Positions 48,560 through 58,424 of a stretch of 64,000 nt of DNA are shown here, in pieces; the stretch's first letter is position 1; the number at the start of each line of letters is the position of its first letter. The notes under the pieces are model-generated. The model saw only the letters and a program-made list of their open reading frames with translations, had not been told where the DNA came from and ran no database searches. Source of the DNA: Spirochaetales bacterium (GTDB lineage Bacteria; Spirochaetota; Spirochaetia; JABEVK01); contig JBAXAI010000003.1 in the NCBI GenBank assembly GCA_037142615.1, positions 96,001 through 160,000 of the forward strand, in the 5' to 3' direction. The position numbers and the translations under genes are program-made.

Positions 48560-50251
48560 ATGGGAATCCGCAAGAATATTCAGGTTTGGTTGGAACACAA
48601 GCTCTTTCTCGCATCGGAAGCCGAGGATCCGGAACTCCGGTTCCTGCGCGTTCTGCGGGTGCTGGTTCTGCTGGTGGCTGTGGCTGTCCAGTTGCTTGGC
48701 GTCGTGTGGGCGTATCAGACCCAAGCGTTCCTGAGCCTCGGGCTTCAGGCCGCCATGGCGTTGGTTTTTGCGGCCATGCTCGTCTTCTTGCCGCGCCGCG
48801 CGGAGTCGAAGCGCATGCCCATCTTGTTGGCCTTGGGCGTTGTCGCTTCGGCAGGCGTCGGGCTGATCGACCTGTCGCCATCGCTGATCGTCTGGTCCTT
48901 TTTGGGTCCGGCCGGCGTGATGATGGTTGGCGGGCGTTGGGCGGGGGTGGTCTCGCTCGGTGTGGTGATAGGCGCCGGTACCGCGCTTTTGTTTTTGCCG
49001 GCCTTTTCGGCGGTGTGGCTGTGGGTAGTCGTGGCTGTCCTGGGATCGGCGGCCTTCCTGGGAATTGCAGCCATCGTGTTGCACCTCGTCGAAGTAACCT
49101 TTGAGCTCTACCAGATGCAGCAAAAGGCGATGATTGACCTGCTCGAGAGCACCTACACCAGCGAAACGCGTTTTGCCAACCAAAAGCGCTTCCTCGAAAC
49201 TCTCATCGACCTCATTCCTTTCCCTCTGTTTTCGAAAAACATGGAGGGCGAGTTTCTCAACGTCAACGCCTCCTTCGGGGTCGTGTTCGATGTCAACCCA
49301 ACCGAGGTGGCGGGAAAGCTCAATAACACCCTGCTGGCCGAGCACAATGCCCGAAGCTTGGCCAAGATCGAACTCGACGTTCTGGCCCGGGACTCGATGG
49401 CGGTCGAAGAGACTCAGCTCGTCCATGCCGATGGGCGTTTGCACGACTTCATCGTCTACATGATGCCGTTTGTCGACAACGAGCAGTCCATGCAGGGGTA
49501 CATCGGTGTGCTCATCGACATCACCGAGCGCAAGCAAAAGGAGCAGAAACTGGTCCAGCTCAACGACACCAAGGACCAGTTGTTCAGCATCATCAGCCAC
49601 GACTTGCGCGGACCTGTCGGCAAAATCAAGCAACTGCTCGACATCTACGTCGACGATCAGGGGATCTTTGACAGGGCCACCTGGGACCAGGTGTTTCAGG
49701 ACATGCGCAAATCGAGCGACAGCCTGTTCCAGCTACTCGAGAATCTGCTCAGCTGGGTGCGTTCGCAGCGGGGCGAAACCGACGTGGTTTTTGAGCTGTT
49801 TGCCCTCGAACCTCTGGTGAACGATGTCTTTAGCCTGCAAAAACTGATCGCCAACGACAAGAAGATCCAGTTGGTTCACGACCTGCACCTGACCGGACCC
49901 GTGCTCAGTGACAAGCAAACCCTGAGCACCATTATCCGCAACTTGGTCAACAACGCGGTCAAGTTTACCAAGCAAGGCGGAACCGTGACGGTCCGCGCGG
50001 GCGAGTCTGAGGACGAGCTGTTCATTTCGGTCGAAGACACAGGAATCGGAATGGAAAGCGACGTTGTCGCCAAAATCTTCCGCAAGCGCGAGCGGGTTTC
50101 CACCTACGGCACCGGCAAAGAACGCGGTCAGGGGATTGGGTTGGGTTTGTGCATGGACCTGATTACCGTGCTCGGCGGCCACCTGACTGCCGAAAGCGAA
50201 GTTGACGTCGGAACCAAGATTCACCTTCACCTTCCTACTCCGGAACTTTAG
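48560..50251 (+). CDS. Membrane PAS sensor histidine kinase
   Basis: Multiple TM helices, PAS (DITERK), IISHDLRGP, NLVNNAVKFT, GQGIGL. Confidence 0.9.
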   Translation: MGIRKNIQVWLEHKLFLASEAEDPELRFLRVLRVLVLLVAVAVQLLGVVWAYQTQAFLSLGLQAAMALVFAAMLVFLPRRAESKRMPILLALGVVASAGVGLIDLSPSLIVWSFLGPAGVMMVGGRWAGVVSLGVVIGAGTALLFLPAFSAVWLWVVVAVLGSAAFLGIAAIVLHLVEVTFELYQMQQKAMIDLLESTYTSETRFANQKRFLETLIDLIPFPLFSKNMEGEFLNVNASFGVVFDVNPTEVAGKLNNTLLAEHNARSLAKIELDVLARDSMAVEETQLVHADGRLHDFIVYMMPFVDNEQSMQGYIGVLIDITERKQKEQKLVQLNDTKDQLFSIISHDLRGPVGKIKQLLDIYVDDQGIFDRATWDQVFQDMRKSSDSLFQLLENLLSWVRSQRGETDVVFELFALEPLVNDVFSLQKLIANDKKIQLVHDLHLTGPVLSDKQTLSTIIRNLVNNAVKFTKQGGTVTVRAGESEDELFISVEDTGIGMESDVVAKIFRKRERVSTYGTGKERGQGIGLGLCMDLITVLGGHLTAESEVDVGTKIHLHLPTPEL

Positions 50252-50260
50252 GGCGCGACA

Positions 50261-50803
50261 ATGGCAGTGCTGCAACTTCTGGGAATGAAGCACAGCGGGA
50301 AGAGCACCCTCGGCAGCCTCGCCGCCCGCAAACTGGGGTGGACCTTTCTGGACCTCGATACCCTGCTCGAAGCCGAGCATCCCGGAGCCCACCGCAAGAC
50401 CAGTCGCGAGATCTACCGCGAGCTGGGTCAGGCCACCTTTCAGCACTACGAGGCTCAGGCGGCGACGAGGGTGGCGCTGCGCCTGGCCTCTGAAAGCGTC
50501 GTTCTTGCCTGGGGTGGTGGTACCGCGACGAACCCCACTGCAGTCGAAGCCCTTGGCAGACAGGGAGTTCTGGTCCTGCTCGACGAAAAGGCCGAGGTGC
50601 TCTACGAACGAATTTTGCGCGGCGGGTTGCCGGCCTTCCTTTCCAAGGACCATCCGTGGGAAGATTTTCTGCGCCTTTACGACGAGCGGATGGCCCTGAT
50701 GTCGGCGCTCACGCCCCACCGCCTCATCCTGGGAGGCGCAGGAATCGACCGCGCCCTGACACAGTTACTCGAGATTTTGCAAGGAGTTCTTCATGCCCGG
50801 TAG
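50261..50803 (+). CDS. aroK: Shikimate kinase
   Basis: GMKHSGKST, DLD, GGG; adjacent to aroC. Confidence 0.85.
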   Translation: MAVLQLLGMKHSGKSTLGSLAARKLGWTFLDLDTLLEAEHPGAHRKTSREIYRELGQATFQHYEAQAATRVALRLASESVVLAWGGGTATNPTAVEALGRQGVLVLLDEKAEVLYERILRGGLPAFLSKDHPWEDFLRLYDERMALMSALTPHRLILGGAGIDRALTQLLEILQGVLHAR

Positions 50804-51848
50804 CAGTTTCGGCCACCTGTACAAACTCAGCACCTTTGGCGAAAGCCACGGTGGCGCTGTCGGCGTCGTTCTCGATGGGGCGCCCCCAGGGCTGGAACTC
50901 GCCGAGGCCGACATCCAAAAGGAGCTCGACCGCCGCAAGCCCGGCCAGAGCTCGGTGACCACGCCCCGCCAGGAGCCCGACACCATCCACCTCATGAGCG
51001 GTGTGTTCGAGGGCAAGACCACCGGCACTCCCATCCTGATGATCCTGTACAACAAAGATGCCCAGTCGAGTGCCTACGACGACATCAAAGACAAGTTCCG
51101 CCCCGGCCACGCCGACTTCACTTATCTGAAAAAGTACGGCCTACGCGACTACCGGGGTTCCGGCCGTGCCTCGGGCCGCGAGACTGCCGCGCGCGTCGCC
51201 GCCGGTGCTGTGGCCAAAAAAATCCTGGCTGGGCGCGGCGTCACCATCACCGCTTGGACGCAGCGTTGTGCCGGAATCAATTGCGACACCGTCGACTACG
51301 CAGTGATCGAAAAAAACCCCATGCGAGCCGCCGACTTGGCTGCCGCCGCAAAGATGGTGCCGATCATCGAGCAGCTCGCCAAAGACGGCGACAGCGTGGG
51401 GGGCATCGTGGAATGCCGCATCACCGGCGTGGCTCCCGGGTTGGGTGAGCCGGTGTTCGACAAGCTCGAGGCCGACCTCGCTAAGGCCATGATGAGCCTG
51501 GGCGCGGTCAAGGGCTTCGAAATCGGGCTCGGCTTCGGCTGCGTCGATCTCAACGGCAGCCAGCACAACGACGCCATGGATGCCAGCGGCTTCAAGACCA
51601 ACAACGCCGGCGGTATCATCGGCGGCATCAGCACGGGCGAAGAGATCGTGTTCCGCATCGCCGTCAAACCCACCAGTTCGATCAGCAAGTTGCAGCACAC
51701 CGTTGATACCCACGGCACCGAAATGGAAATCCGCACCATCGGCCGCCACGACCCCTGCATTTGCCCGCGCATCGTGCCCGTGGTCGAGGCCATGGCCGCC
51801 ATCGTGCTCGAGGACCACTACAAAAGGCAGGCGGCGCTGTTCAGCTGA
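50793..51848 (+). CDS. aroC: Chorismate synthase
   Basis: FGESHG, RPGHAD, GRASGRETA, GRHDPC. Confidence 0.97.
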   Translation: MPGSSFGHLYKLSTFGESHGGAVGVVLDGAPPGLELAEADIQKELDRRKPGQSSVTTPRQEPDTIHLMSGVFEGKTTGTPILMILYNKDAQSSAYDDIKDKFRPGHADFTYLKKYGLRDYRGSGRASGRETAARVAAGAVAKKILAGRGVTITAWTQRCAGINCDTVDYAVIEKNPMRAADLAAAAKMVPIIEQLAKDGDSVGGIVECRITGVAPGLGEPVFDKLEADLAKAMMSLGAVKGFEIGLGFGCVDLNGSQHNDAMDASGFKTNNAGGIIGGISTGEEIVFRIAVKPTSSISKLQHTVDTHGTEMEIRTIGRHDPCICPRIVPVVEAMAAIVLEDHYKRQAALFS

Positions 51849-51914
51849 GTTGATTTCGGGCCCAAAGCGCAAGCAAAACGCCTCTCCTCCTTGTCTGTAT
51901 GGTAAAATGGAGGC

Positions 51915-52495
51915 ATGAGGAACACGGGACTTCCCGTACGCAAGACCGAACAACATTTCACCTACAAGGACTACCGCCAGTGGCCCGACGACGAGCGCTG
52001 GGAACTCAGCGATGGCGTGGCCTACAACATGAGCCCGGCACCAAGGACTGAACGTCACGCTTGTCCGTTGGATCGGAAATTTCCTGGACGGCAAACCCTG
52101 CAAAGTCTTCGTCGCACCCTGCGATGTGCTCATTCCGCGCGTCAACGAGCAGGATGAGGACGACGTGGACACCGTGGTGCAACCCGACGTTCTGGTGGTC
52201 TGTGACCCCAAGAAGATCCGCCTGCGCGGCATTTGGGGTGCTCCCGAGCTGGTGGTCGAAATCCTGTCGCCGTGGACCAGTCGCAAAGACCAGCGCGAAA
52301 AGTTCGACCTGTATCAGCGCATCGGCGTGAAGGAATACTGGGTGGTCGATCCCAATGGGTGCTGGTTGCAGCAGTACCTGCTTGGTTCCGACCTTAAGTT
52401 CGGCGTCGAGGCGACTTTTGAGGCCGGCACGCTCACCTGCCCCACGCTACCGGGGCTGACCATCGACGTCGGCGAGCTTTGGAAAGGCCTGACTC
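51915..52495 (+). pseudogene. Frameshifted Uma2 endonuclease paralogue
   Basis: Collinear with 14187-14795. A ~14-nt deletion after MSPAPR removes the HQ motif and shifts the frame. The stop is lost and the gene is fused to a downstream fragment. Confidence 0.85.
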
Positions 52496-52500
52496 CGCTG

Positions 52501-52768
52501 GTCCGGTACGACGCGAACCGTCTGGCACGTGAGTGCGCCAAACTCGACCCAACCAGCGAACAGGCCGAGGCTGACGTCGGTCTCGACAACGGCGGGTTTT
52601 CCACTCACCTTGGCGTTGGCCCAGCCGAGTCTGCCCAAACAGTCCTGGGTCAAAATCAGCCAGATCCGCACTTTGTCGGTTGAACGGATCGGGGCAAAAC
52701 TCGCCCTTGTCGAGCCCGAAGTTTTGAATCAGGTTCTTGAGGGCCTCAACGAGATTCTGGGAGTGTGA
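52501..52768 (+). pseudogene. Collapsed antitoxin/PemK-MazF remnant
   Basis: RLARECAKLDP.SEQAEAD (antitoxin-like tail), then GFPLTL...LPKQSWVKISQIRTLSVERIG...LEGLNEILG (MazF C-terminal half). Confidence 0.7.
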
Positions 52769-52770
52769 GC

Positions 52771-52796
52771 AAAAAAAAGAGGCCCCGAGGGGCCTC
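52771..52796 (-). terminator. Intrinsic terminator of the rubredoxin gene
   Basis: GAGGCCC-CTCG-GGGCCTC followed by T8 on the minus strand. Confidence 0.8.
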
Positions 52797-52818
52797 CTGA
52801 TACGGTCGAAAGACCGAC

Positions 52819-52983
52819 TTATTCGTCGCTGGGAGAAAAGTCGTCTTTGGAAGCGCCGCACATGGGGCATACCCAGTCGTCCGGCAAGGCTTCGAACGAG
52901 GTGCCGGCCGAGATATCGTTGTCGGTGTCTCCCACTTCTGGATCGTAAATATAGCCGCATACATCGCACACGTACTTCTGCAT
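52819..52983 (-). CDS. Rubredoxin
   Basis: GGAGG RBS; [15 protein letters not shown]...[11 protein letters not shown]. Confidence 0.95.
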   Translation of the reverse strand: MQKYVCDVCGYIYDPEVGDTDNDISAGTSFEALPDDWVCPMCGASKDDFSPSDE

Positions 52984-53041
52984 GGTTCCTCCAAATTGGC
53001 GTCTGTTTCTGATTATAGGAGTTCGGTCCCCGGCCGTCCAG

Positions 53042-53920
53042 TCAAAAGTGGGCGAGTGTGTTCTTGTCGTCCATGCCCTGGCGCGTGATCGCGAAATCCC
53101 AACGCAGCGGGTCCTCGGGTTCCAGGCCTCGCAGGGCGGCCGTGATTTCGCGGCAAGCGCGGGCATCGGCAAGGTTGCGCCTCGTCAGGCCCTCCCGGCG
53201 GGCCCACTGGAGCACGTGGGTATCGACCGGCATGAACAAGTCGGCAGGGGTGAGCACAGACCAACCACCGGGGTCGATGGCGTCGTGGCGTACCATCCAA
53301 CGAAAGAAGAGATTGAGGCGCTTGAACGCCCCCTTGGAGTCGGCCACGGGAAGGAGGATTCCCAGATCGCGCCCGGGCAAGCTTAGGCGCTGAGCAAATG
53401 TGGCCAGGGCCAACCAGCGCGTTGCCTCAGCGGTAGGGCTGCCGACTGAACCCTCGCGACTAACCCCTTCTCGGTAAGCCGCTTCGAGACTGCCAAACCG
53501 GCGCAACGCTTCGCCGAGGCCATCGAGCAACCCCGCCACCTGGGCTCCCGAAAAGAAACGGTAGCGGAAGCCGTCAAGACTTGCGTCCCACGAACCCGGC
53601 GGGGCCTCGCGGACTCGTTCGGCCAAGGGGGAGCCGACAAGTCCGAGCACGGTTCGTGCCGCTGGAATAATGAGCGAGGCACGACCTATTGCCAAGCACG
53701 AAGCAACCAGACCCGCCACCTCGCGGTCGGCCAAAAGAGGTAGATCGCGAACCAGAACCAAAGGATCGGTCCCCAGATGCACAGGTGAGTGCCAGCGATC
53801 GTAGAGGCCTTCAAGGCGTGGGCGAATGACCGTGCATCCTTTGCAACAGCGCGAGCAGTTTCTGGCCGTAGGCGGGGTCGCTGGCCCAGGTTCCTGCCAG
53901 CTGCCAAAGCGAGGGGGCAC
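53042..53920 (-). CDS. TIGR02757/DUF2400-family protein (HhH-GPD-like); start uncertain
   Basis: [25 protein letters not shown]...[19 protein letters not shown]. Confidence 0.8.
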   Translation of the reverse strand: MPPRFGSWQEPGPATPPTARNCSRCCKGCTVIRPRLEGLYDRWHSPVHLGTDPLVLVRDLPLLADREVAGLVASCLAIGRASLIIPAARTVLGLVGSPLAERVREAPPGSWDASLDGFRYRFFSGAQVAGLLDGLGEALRRFGSLEAAYREGVSREGSVGSPTAEATRWLALATFAQRLSLPGRDLGILLPVADSKGAFKRLNLFFRWMVRHDAIDPGGWSVLTPADLFMPVDTHVLQWARREGLTRRNLADARACREITAALRGLEPEDPLRWDFAITRQGMDDKNTLAHF

Positions 53921-54386
53921 GCCCGCGGCTGACGAGGTCCAACCTCGGGTTCACGGGCGGGTTAGCCAGGGGCAGGGTCGAGGCGTAGTACTTGAGATGC
54001 TGAATCTGGGCCCGCACCCCCTCGCGGGGCGAAGCAAAGCTGAGCGACGCCGAACCGCCATCCACGGCTCCGAGGCCGGCGAAATTGTACTGCCCCAGTC
54101 GGACCTGGTTACCAAAGCGAAGGTACGACGTCTCGAGACACATCTGGGCAAAGGCCAGATCGGTATTCACACCCTCGGACGCCGCCTCTTCCTCGTAAAG
54201 CAGGGCCAGGTTGAGCGCAAAACCTTGGCCAAGGCTGGGATTCTGTGACGTGAGGAAAGTCGCCCTCTGCTGCGCCGAAAGCGAAGGCGGCGCCATAATG
54301 AAAGGGTTGATGGCCAAAGTAGGCGAGGTGGCAAAAGCGACGACCGGGAGAAGCAACACAAGCAACCGGACGGACGACTTACGCAT
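53811..54386 (-). CDS. Secreted glucosaminidase-domain peptidoglycan hydrolase
   Basis: Signal peptide, [37 protein letters not shown]. Confidence 0.85.
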   Translation of the reverse strand: MRKSSVRLLVLLLPVVAFATSPTLAINPFIMAPPSLSAQQRATFLTSQNPSLGQGFALNLALLYEEEAASEGVNTDLAFAQMCLETSYLRFGNQVRLGQYNFAGLGAVDGGSASLSFASPREGVRAQIQHLKYYASTLPLANPPVNPRLDLVSRGRAPSLWQLAGTWASDPAYGQKLLALLQRMHGHSPTP

Positions 54387-54418
54387 CGTGCCGCCGATGG
54401 TATCAGGGTTTACTCACC

Positions 54419-54490
54419 TTGACAAATAGCTCTTGTCAAAGGCCGAGATGTGGCCTATATTGAACTTAGTTTTTGTGAACAGCAGTACAA
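54419..54490. promoter_or_regulatory. rex promoter region with a Rex-box-like site and a second inverted repeat
   Basis: TTGTGAA-CAGC-AGTACAA (54473-90, 11/14 match to TTGTGAA-N4-TTCACAA) and TTGACAA-N7-TTGTCAA (54419-39). Confidence 0.55.
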
Positions 54491-54494
54491 CAAA

Positions 54495-55127
54495 ATGAAT
54501 GGAACACTAAATAAAGAACTGGTTATTCGTCTGTTGAAATACAGGCGCATTCTCACGCAGCTGAAAAGCCTCGGCTTTGAGAAAGTGTTCTCGAACAATC
54601 TCGGCGATGCCATTGGTGTCGCCCCGGCCTTGGTGCGCAAGGACTTCTCGCTGCTGGTGCTGGGTGGAAACAAACGCGGCGGCTACAACATCGACTACCT
54701 GACTGAGCAGCTCGGCCTCATTTTGGGCAAAACGAGCGAACAGAAGATCGTCATTCTCGGCATGGGCAAGATCGGAACGGCCATCGCCCAGTACAAGGGC
54801 TTCCTGCAGGGCGACTTCGAAGTCGCGGCCGGCTTTGACGTCCGCCCTGTCGCCTTGCCTGATACCCTGGCCACCAAAGTCTACCGGATAGAAGAGTTGC
54901 CGTCGTTCTGCGAAAAGAACAACATCCAGGTCGCCATCCTCGCGGTTCCCGAAGACGTGGCCACCGAAAGCCACAAACTCCTCAAGGAAGCGGGGATCCG
55001 GGGAATCCTGAACTTCACCCCCGTTGAATTGAAAACCACCTCGAATTGTATTATTCATAACATCAACATCGGGGTTGAAATCGAAAACCTGTTCTTTCAG
55101 GTGATCCGCAACGGCCTCGGCGAATAG
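54495..55127 (+). CDS. rex: Redox-sensing transcriptional repressor Rex
   Basis: RLLKY, VRKDFS...G....GY, GMGKIG Rossmann motif, GILNFTP. Confidence 0.93.
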   Translation: MNGTLNKELVIRLLKYRRILTQLKSLGFEKVFSNNLGDAIGVAPALVRKDFSLLVLGGNKRGGYNIDYLTEQLGLILGKTSEQKIVILGMGKIGTAIAQYKGFLQGDFEVAAGFDVRPVALPDTLATKVYRIEELPSFCEKNNIQVAILAVPEDVATESHKLLKEAGIRGILNFTPVELKTTSNCIIHNINIGVEIENLFFQVIRNGLGE

Positions 55128-55152
55128 TTCACTGCCTGCCTAGGAGCTCCCC

Positions 55153-55683
55153 ATGGAAACTGACCCTACCCTCAAAATCCTCAAAATGGTTCAGGAAGGC
55201 TTTTTGACTGCTGAACAGGGCCAGCGGCTCATTCAGGAGTTGCAGAACTCATCGAAGTCCGAAGTTCCACCGAAGAGCGATGACCCGGCGCGCGAGTTGC
55301 CCAAAGAGGAACACGCCGACCCGAGTTCGGAGTTGTTCCGCATGGTCGAAGATGCCGGCAAGACCTTCGCCAAGGGCTTTGAACAACTGTTCGGTTTCGC
55401 CAGCCAAACCGTCAAGGATGGCTTGGGCCTCGGTCCGCAGAATGTGGTGCTCAAGGTGCTCGACCTCGAGGGTGGCAAGGAACGCTACCAAGTCACCATC
55501 CCGCTCAAGATTTTCACGGCCCTCAAGCCTCTACTAACCTCCACACCGCCCATGATTGTCCACCCCATCCAGCAGATTGACTACGAGGCCTTGTTCCGCA
55601 GCCTGGAATCGGGCGAAACCGGCAAGGTGTTCGAGTACCTCGACCACGCCAAGGGAGACCGGTTCGAGGTTTGGGTGATTTGA
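55153..55683 (+). CDS. Hypothetical protein with N-terminal SHOCT-like motif
   Basis: AGGAG RBS; KILKMVQEGFLTAEQGQRLIQEL. Confidence 0.7.
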   Translation: METDPTLKILKMVQEGFLTAEQGQRLIQELQNSSKSEVPPKSDDPARELPKEEHADPSSELFRMVEDAGKTFAKGFEQLFGFASQTVKDGLGLGPQNVVLKVLDLEGGKERYQVTIPLKIFTALKPLLTSTPPMIVHPIQQIDYEALFRSLESGETGKVFEYLDHAKGDRFEVWVI

Positions 55684-56305
55684 CCGCCCCGGAACCAAGC
55701 CTGGCTTCTTGGCCGATACCAGTTGGTTGGCTGTGCCGTGCACGCTGGACTGGCAATTCCGCAACACAGTCGACGGCTTCAAGCTGCTGTGGAGCGACGG
55801 TATCTTTGGCGAAATGGCGGTGTTCGAACCGCAGGAGCTCGCCGCCATCCCCTTCGCTCCTGGACGCGTGGTCTGGTCGACCTCGGGCTTTGACACTTCG
55901 CTGCTCGAGCCGCGCAATCCTTCGGGACATTTGCGACGGCCCGACAACCTCGACTACGTGGTGGGCGAACTGCTGAGTTGCCTGTTCGTCGGTCTGTGTC
56001 GGTTCCAGCGAGGCGAAAAGCTCTCGGCGTGGCGCTTTGTGCAAACCTATTGCCTCGATCGGTTTTTGGAAATCGTGGACCTGACGTCGCAGCCCCAGCC
56101 TGGGTTTGGCGACCTGTACGTGCGCGACCGGCGCTTCGAGGTGCGCTACCCAGCCGAGGCGGCGCAGCTGGCGTCGATCCTCACCGGCTACGAGGGCACC
56201 CCGAAGGCGGCGCTGGCGCTCCTGGACTGGACCAAGGCGCGCGCGCCCGTGAATGCCGGGCTCGAGGGGCGAATCCGCGAGCTCGCTGTCAACACAACCA
56301 GTTGA
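55683..56305 (+). pseudogene. 5'-truncated nucleotidyltransferase (LinB/Lnu-like), paralogue of 60765-61538
   Basis: Aligns with 60765-61538 from SWL onward (F...D..K.L..DG.F.E, LFV.L.R..RGE, D....RRFE..YP). It lacks the GS...DLD catalytic segment. Confidence 0.65.
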
Positions 56306-56359
56306 TTCCCTGACCAACTCGGTCAGGTCGGCTATACTGGGCCCCGTTCCGGAGGGTCC

Positions 56360-58171
56360 ATGGCGCTGATCGGTCTGCAGGAGATTCACTACACCATCGG
56401 GGGCCTCCAACTCTTTGCCGGGGCCTCAATTCAGATTGAGACCGGTGACAGGCTGTGCCTGGTAGGCCGCAATGGGGCCGGCAAGTCGACCTTGCTCAAC
56501 CTGATGCAGGGCAAGCTCGCCCTCGACAAGGGCGAAGTGAGCCGCCAACAGGGCCTGCGAATCGCCACGCTGGATCAAGAACTGCCTTCCGCTCCGGGAA
56601 AGTCGGCCCTCGAAGCGGCGCTGGAAGCCTTCCCTGTCAGCGCCGAGCCCTGGGAACAGGAACGCAAGGCCCGCCAATACCTGAGCAAGCTGGGAGTGGA
56701 GCCTGAAGCCGACTTTGGCGCTCTGTCGGGCGGCAATAAGCGCCGCGCCGCCCTCGCCGGGGCCTTGGCCTGCGAACCCGACCTGTTGCTCCTGGATGAG
56801 CCCACCAACCACCTCGACATCGAAACCATCGCCTGGCTCGAGGATGCTCTGGTCGTCTTCCGAGGCGCGGTGGTGTTCGTCACCCACGACCGGCAGTTTG
56901 CCCGCCGCGTCGCTACCCGTGTGGCCGAAGTGGACCGAGGCCGCCTGATCGCCTTCGCCTGCGGTTGGGACGCCTTTTTGGAACGCCGCGAGGCCGTGCT
57001 CGAGGCCGAGGACAAGCGCTGGGCCGAGTTCGAAAAAAAGCTGGCCGCCGAGGAAGTCTGGGTGCGACGCGGCGTCAAGGCCCGCCTCAAGCGCAACGAA
57101 GGCCGCGTGAAGGCCCTGCTCAAAATGCGCCAAGAGATGGACGACCGACGCCACAAGACCGCTGACGCCCGCATGACGCTGCAAGAGGCTGAGCGCTCGG
57201 GCGACCTGGTGTTCGAGGCGCGGCACTTGGGCTTCACCTACCCGGGGCGACAGGTGCTGCGCGACTTTACCCGCACCGTGATGCGCCGCGAACGCATCGG
57301 CATCATTGGCCGCAACGGAACGGGCAAGACGACGCTGCTGCGTCTACTTTTCGGCGACCTGCACGCCTCCCATGGGCATTTGCACCGGGGCACCAACCTG
57401 CAGGTGCTGTACTTCGATCAGCTTCGCAGCCAGCTCGACCTCACGAAGTCCGTACAGGACAATGTGGGCGGCGGGTACGATACGGTGGAGATCGGCGGCA
57501 AACACCAGCATATCCTGGGGTACCTGGACCGCTTTTTGTTTAGCGCCGAGCGGGCCCGGGCTAGCGCCAGCATTCTGTCGGGGGGTGAGCGCAACCGGTT
57601 GTTGCTGGCCAAGCTGTTCACCCGTCCCAGCAACGTGTTGGTGCTCGACGAACCGACGAATGACCTCGACGCCGAAACCCTCGATCTGCTCGAAGAGCTC
57701 CTGTTGGAATACCGAGGCACCATCTTCCTCGTCAGTCACGACCGCGAGTTTCTCGACAACGTGGTGACCAGCACCTGGAGCTTCAACGACGATGCCACGC
57801 TCGACGAAACCCCGGGCGGCTGGACCGATTGGGCCGCGTGGCAGGTGCGCAAAAAAGCCGCGCTCCTGGAAGTGGCCCGAGGCGCCAAAGTCGACGCGGG
57901 TTCCGAGTCGGGGGCGAGTGCCTCGGGTGGCGCAAAAGTCCGCAAACGGAGCTTCAAAGAAGAGCGTGAGCTCGAAACCCTGCCCGCCAAGATCGAAGCC
58001 CTCGATGCCGAAATCACCGGCCTGCACGACCGCATGGCCGACCCCGGCTTTTACAAATCGGCGGGTGCCGGCGTGGCCGAAGTGACGGCACGCCTGAGCG
58101 CTGCGGAGGCCGAACTGAGCGTCGCCTACGCGCGGTGGGAAGAGCTGGAGGCTCTGGCGGGCTCAACTTGA
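56360..58171 (+). CDS. uup: ABC-F family ATPase (Uup-like)
   Basis: Two ABC domains (GRNGAGKST/LSGG/DEPTN, GRNGTGKTT/LSGGE/DEPTN), RRGVKAR.KRNEGR linker and C-terminal coiled coil. Confidence 0.9.
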   Translation: MALIGLQEIHYTIGGLQLFAGASIQIETGDRLCLVGRNGAGKSTLLNLMQGKLALDKGEVSRQQGLRIATLDQELPSAPGKSALEAALEAFPVSAEPWEQERKARQYLSKLGVEPEADFGALSGGNKRRAALAGALACEPDLLLLDEPTNHLDIETIAWLEDALVVFRGAVVFVTHDRQFARRVATRVAEVDRGRLIAFACGWDAFLERREAVLEAEDKRWAEFEKKLAAEEVWVRRGVKARLKRNEGRVKALLKMRQEMDDRRHKTADARMTLQEAERSGDLVFEARHLGFTYPGRQVLRDFTRTVMRRERIGIIGRNGTGKTTLLRLLFGDLHASHGHLHRGTNLQVLYFDQLRSQLDLTKSVQDNVGGGYDTVEIGGKHQHILGYLDRFLFSAERARASASILSGGERNRLLLAKLFTRPSNVLVLDEPTNDLDAETLDLLEELLLEYRGTIFLVSHDREFLDNVVTSTWSFNDDATLDETPGGWTDWAAWQVRKKAALLEVARGAKVDAGSESGASASGGAKVRKRSFKEERELETLPAKIEALDAEITGLHDRMADPGFYKSAGAGVAEVTARLSAAEAELSVAYARWEELEALAGST

Positions 58172-58172
58172 C

Positions 58173-58202
58173 TTGCCCCGATGTAAGGAAATCCCTTACA
58201 CT
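58173..58202 (+). promoter_or_regulatory. Leaderless-type promoter with TA operator
   Basis: TTGCCC-18 nt-TACACT-6 nt-ATG. Inverted repeat TGTAAGG-N5-CCTTACA. Confidence 0.6.
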
Positions 58203-58208
58203 GAAGCC

Positions 58209-58424
58209 ATGATCACCAGCCGCCTGACCAGCAAAGCCCAGACGACCATACCACAGCCGATTCGGGCTGCGTTGCATCTCAAGGAAGGCGACGACTTGGC
58301 CTACGCCATCGAAAAGGGCCGGGTCATTCTTACGCGGGCCAAGTCCGAGCCTACAGACGATCCCTTCGCCACCTTCGGCGAGTGGGACTCCGAGGAAGAC
58401 AGGAGGGCCTATGGCGAGCTTTGA
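58209..58424 (+). CDS. AbrB/PrlF-like antitoxin
   Basis: MITSRLTSKAQTTIPQPIRAALHLKEGD...EWDSEEDRRAY. Confidence 0.88.
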   Translation: MITSRLTSKAQTTIPQPIRAALHLKEGDDLAYAIEKGRVILTRAKSEPTDDPFATFGEWDSEEDRRAYGEL

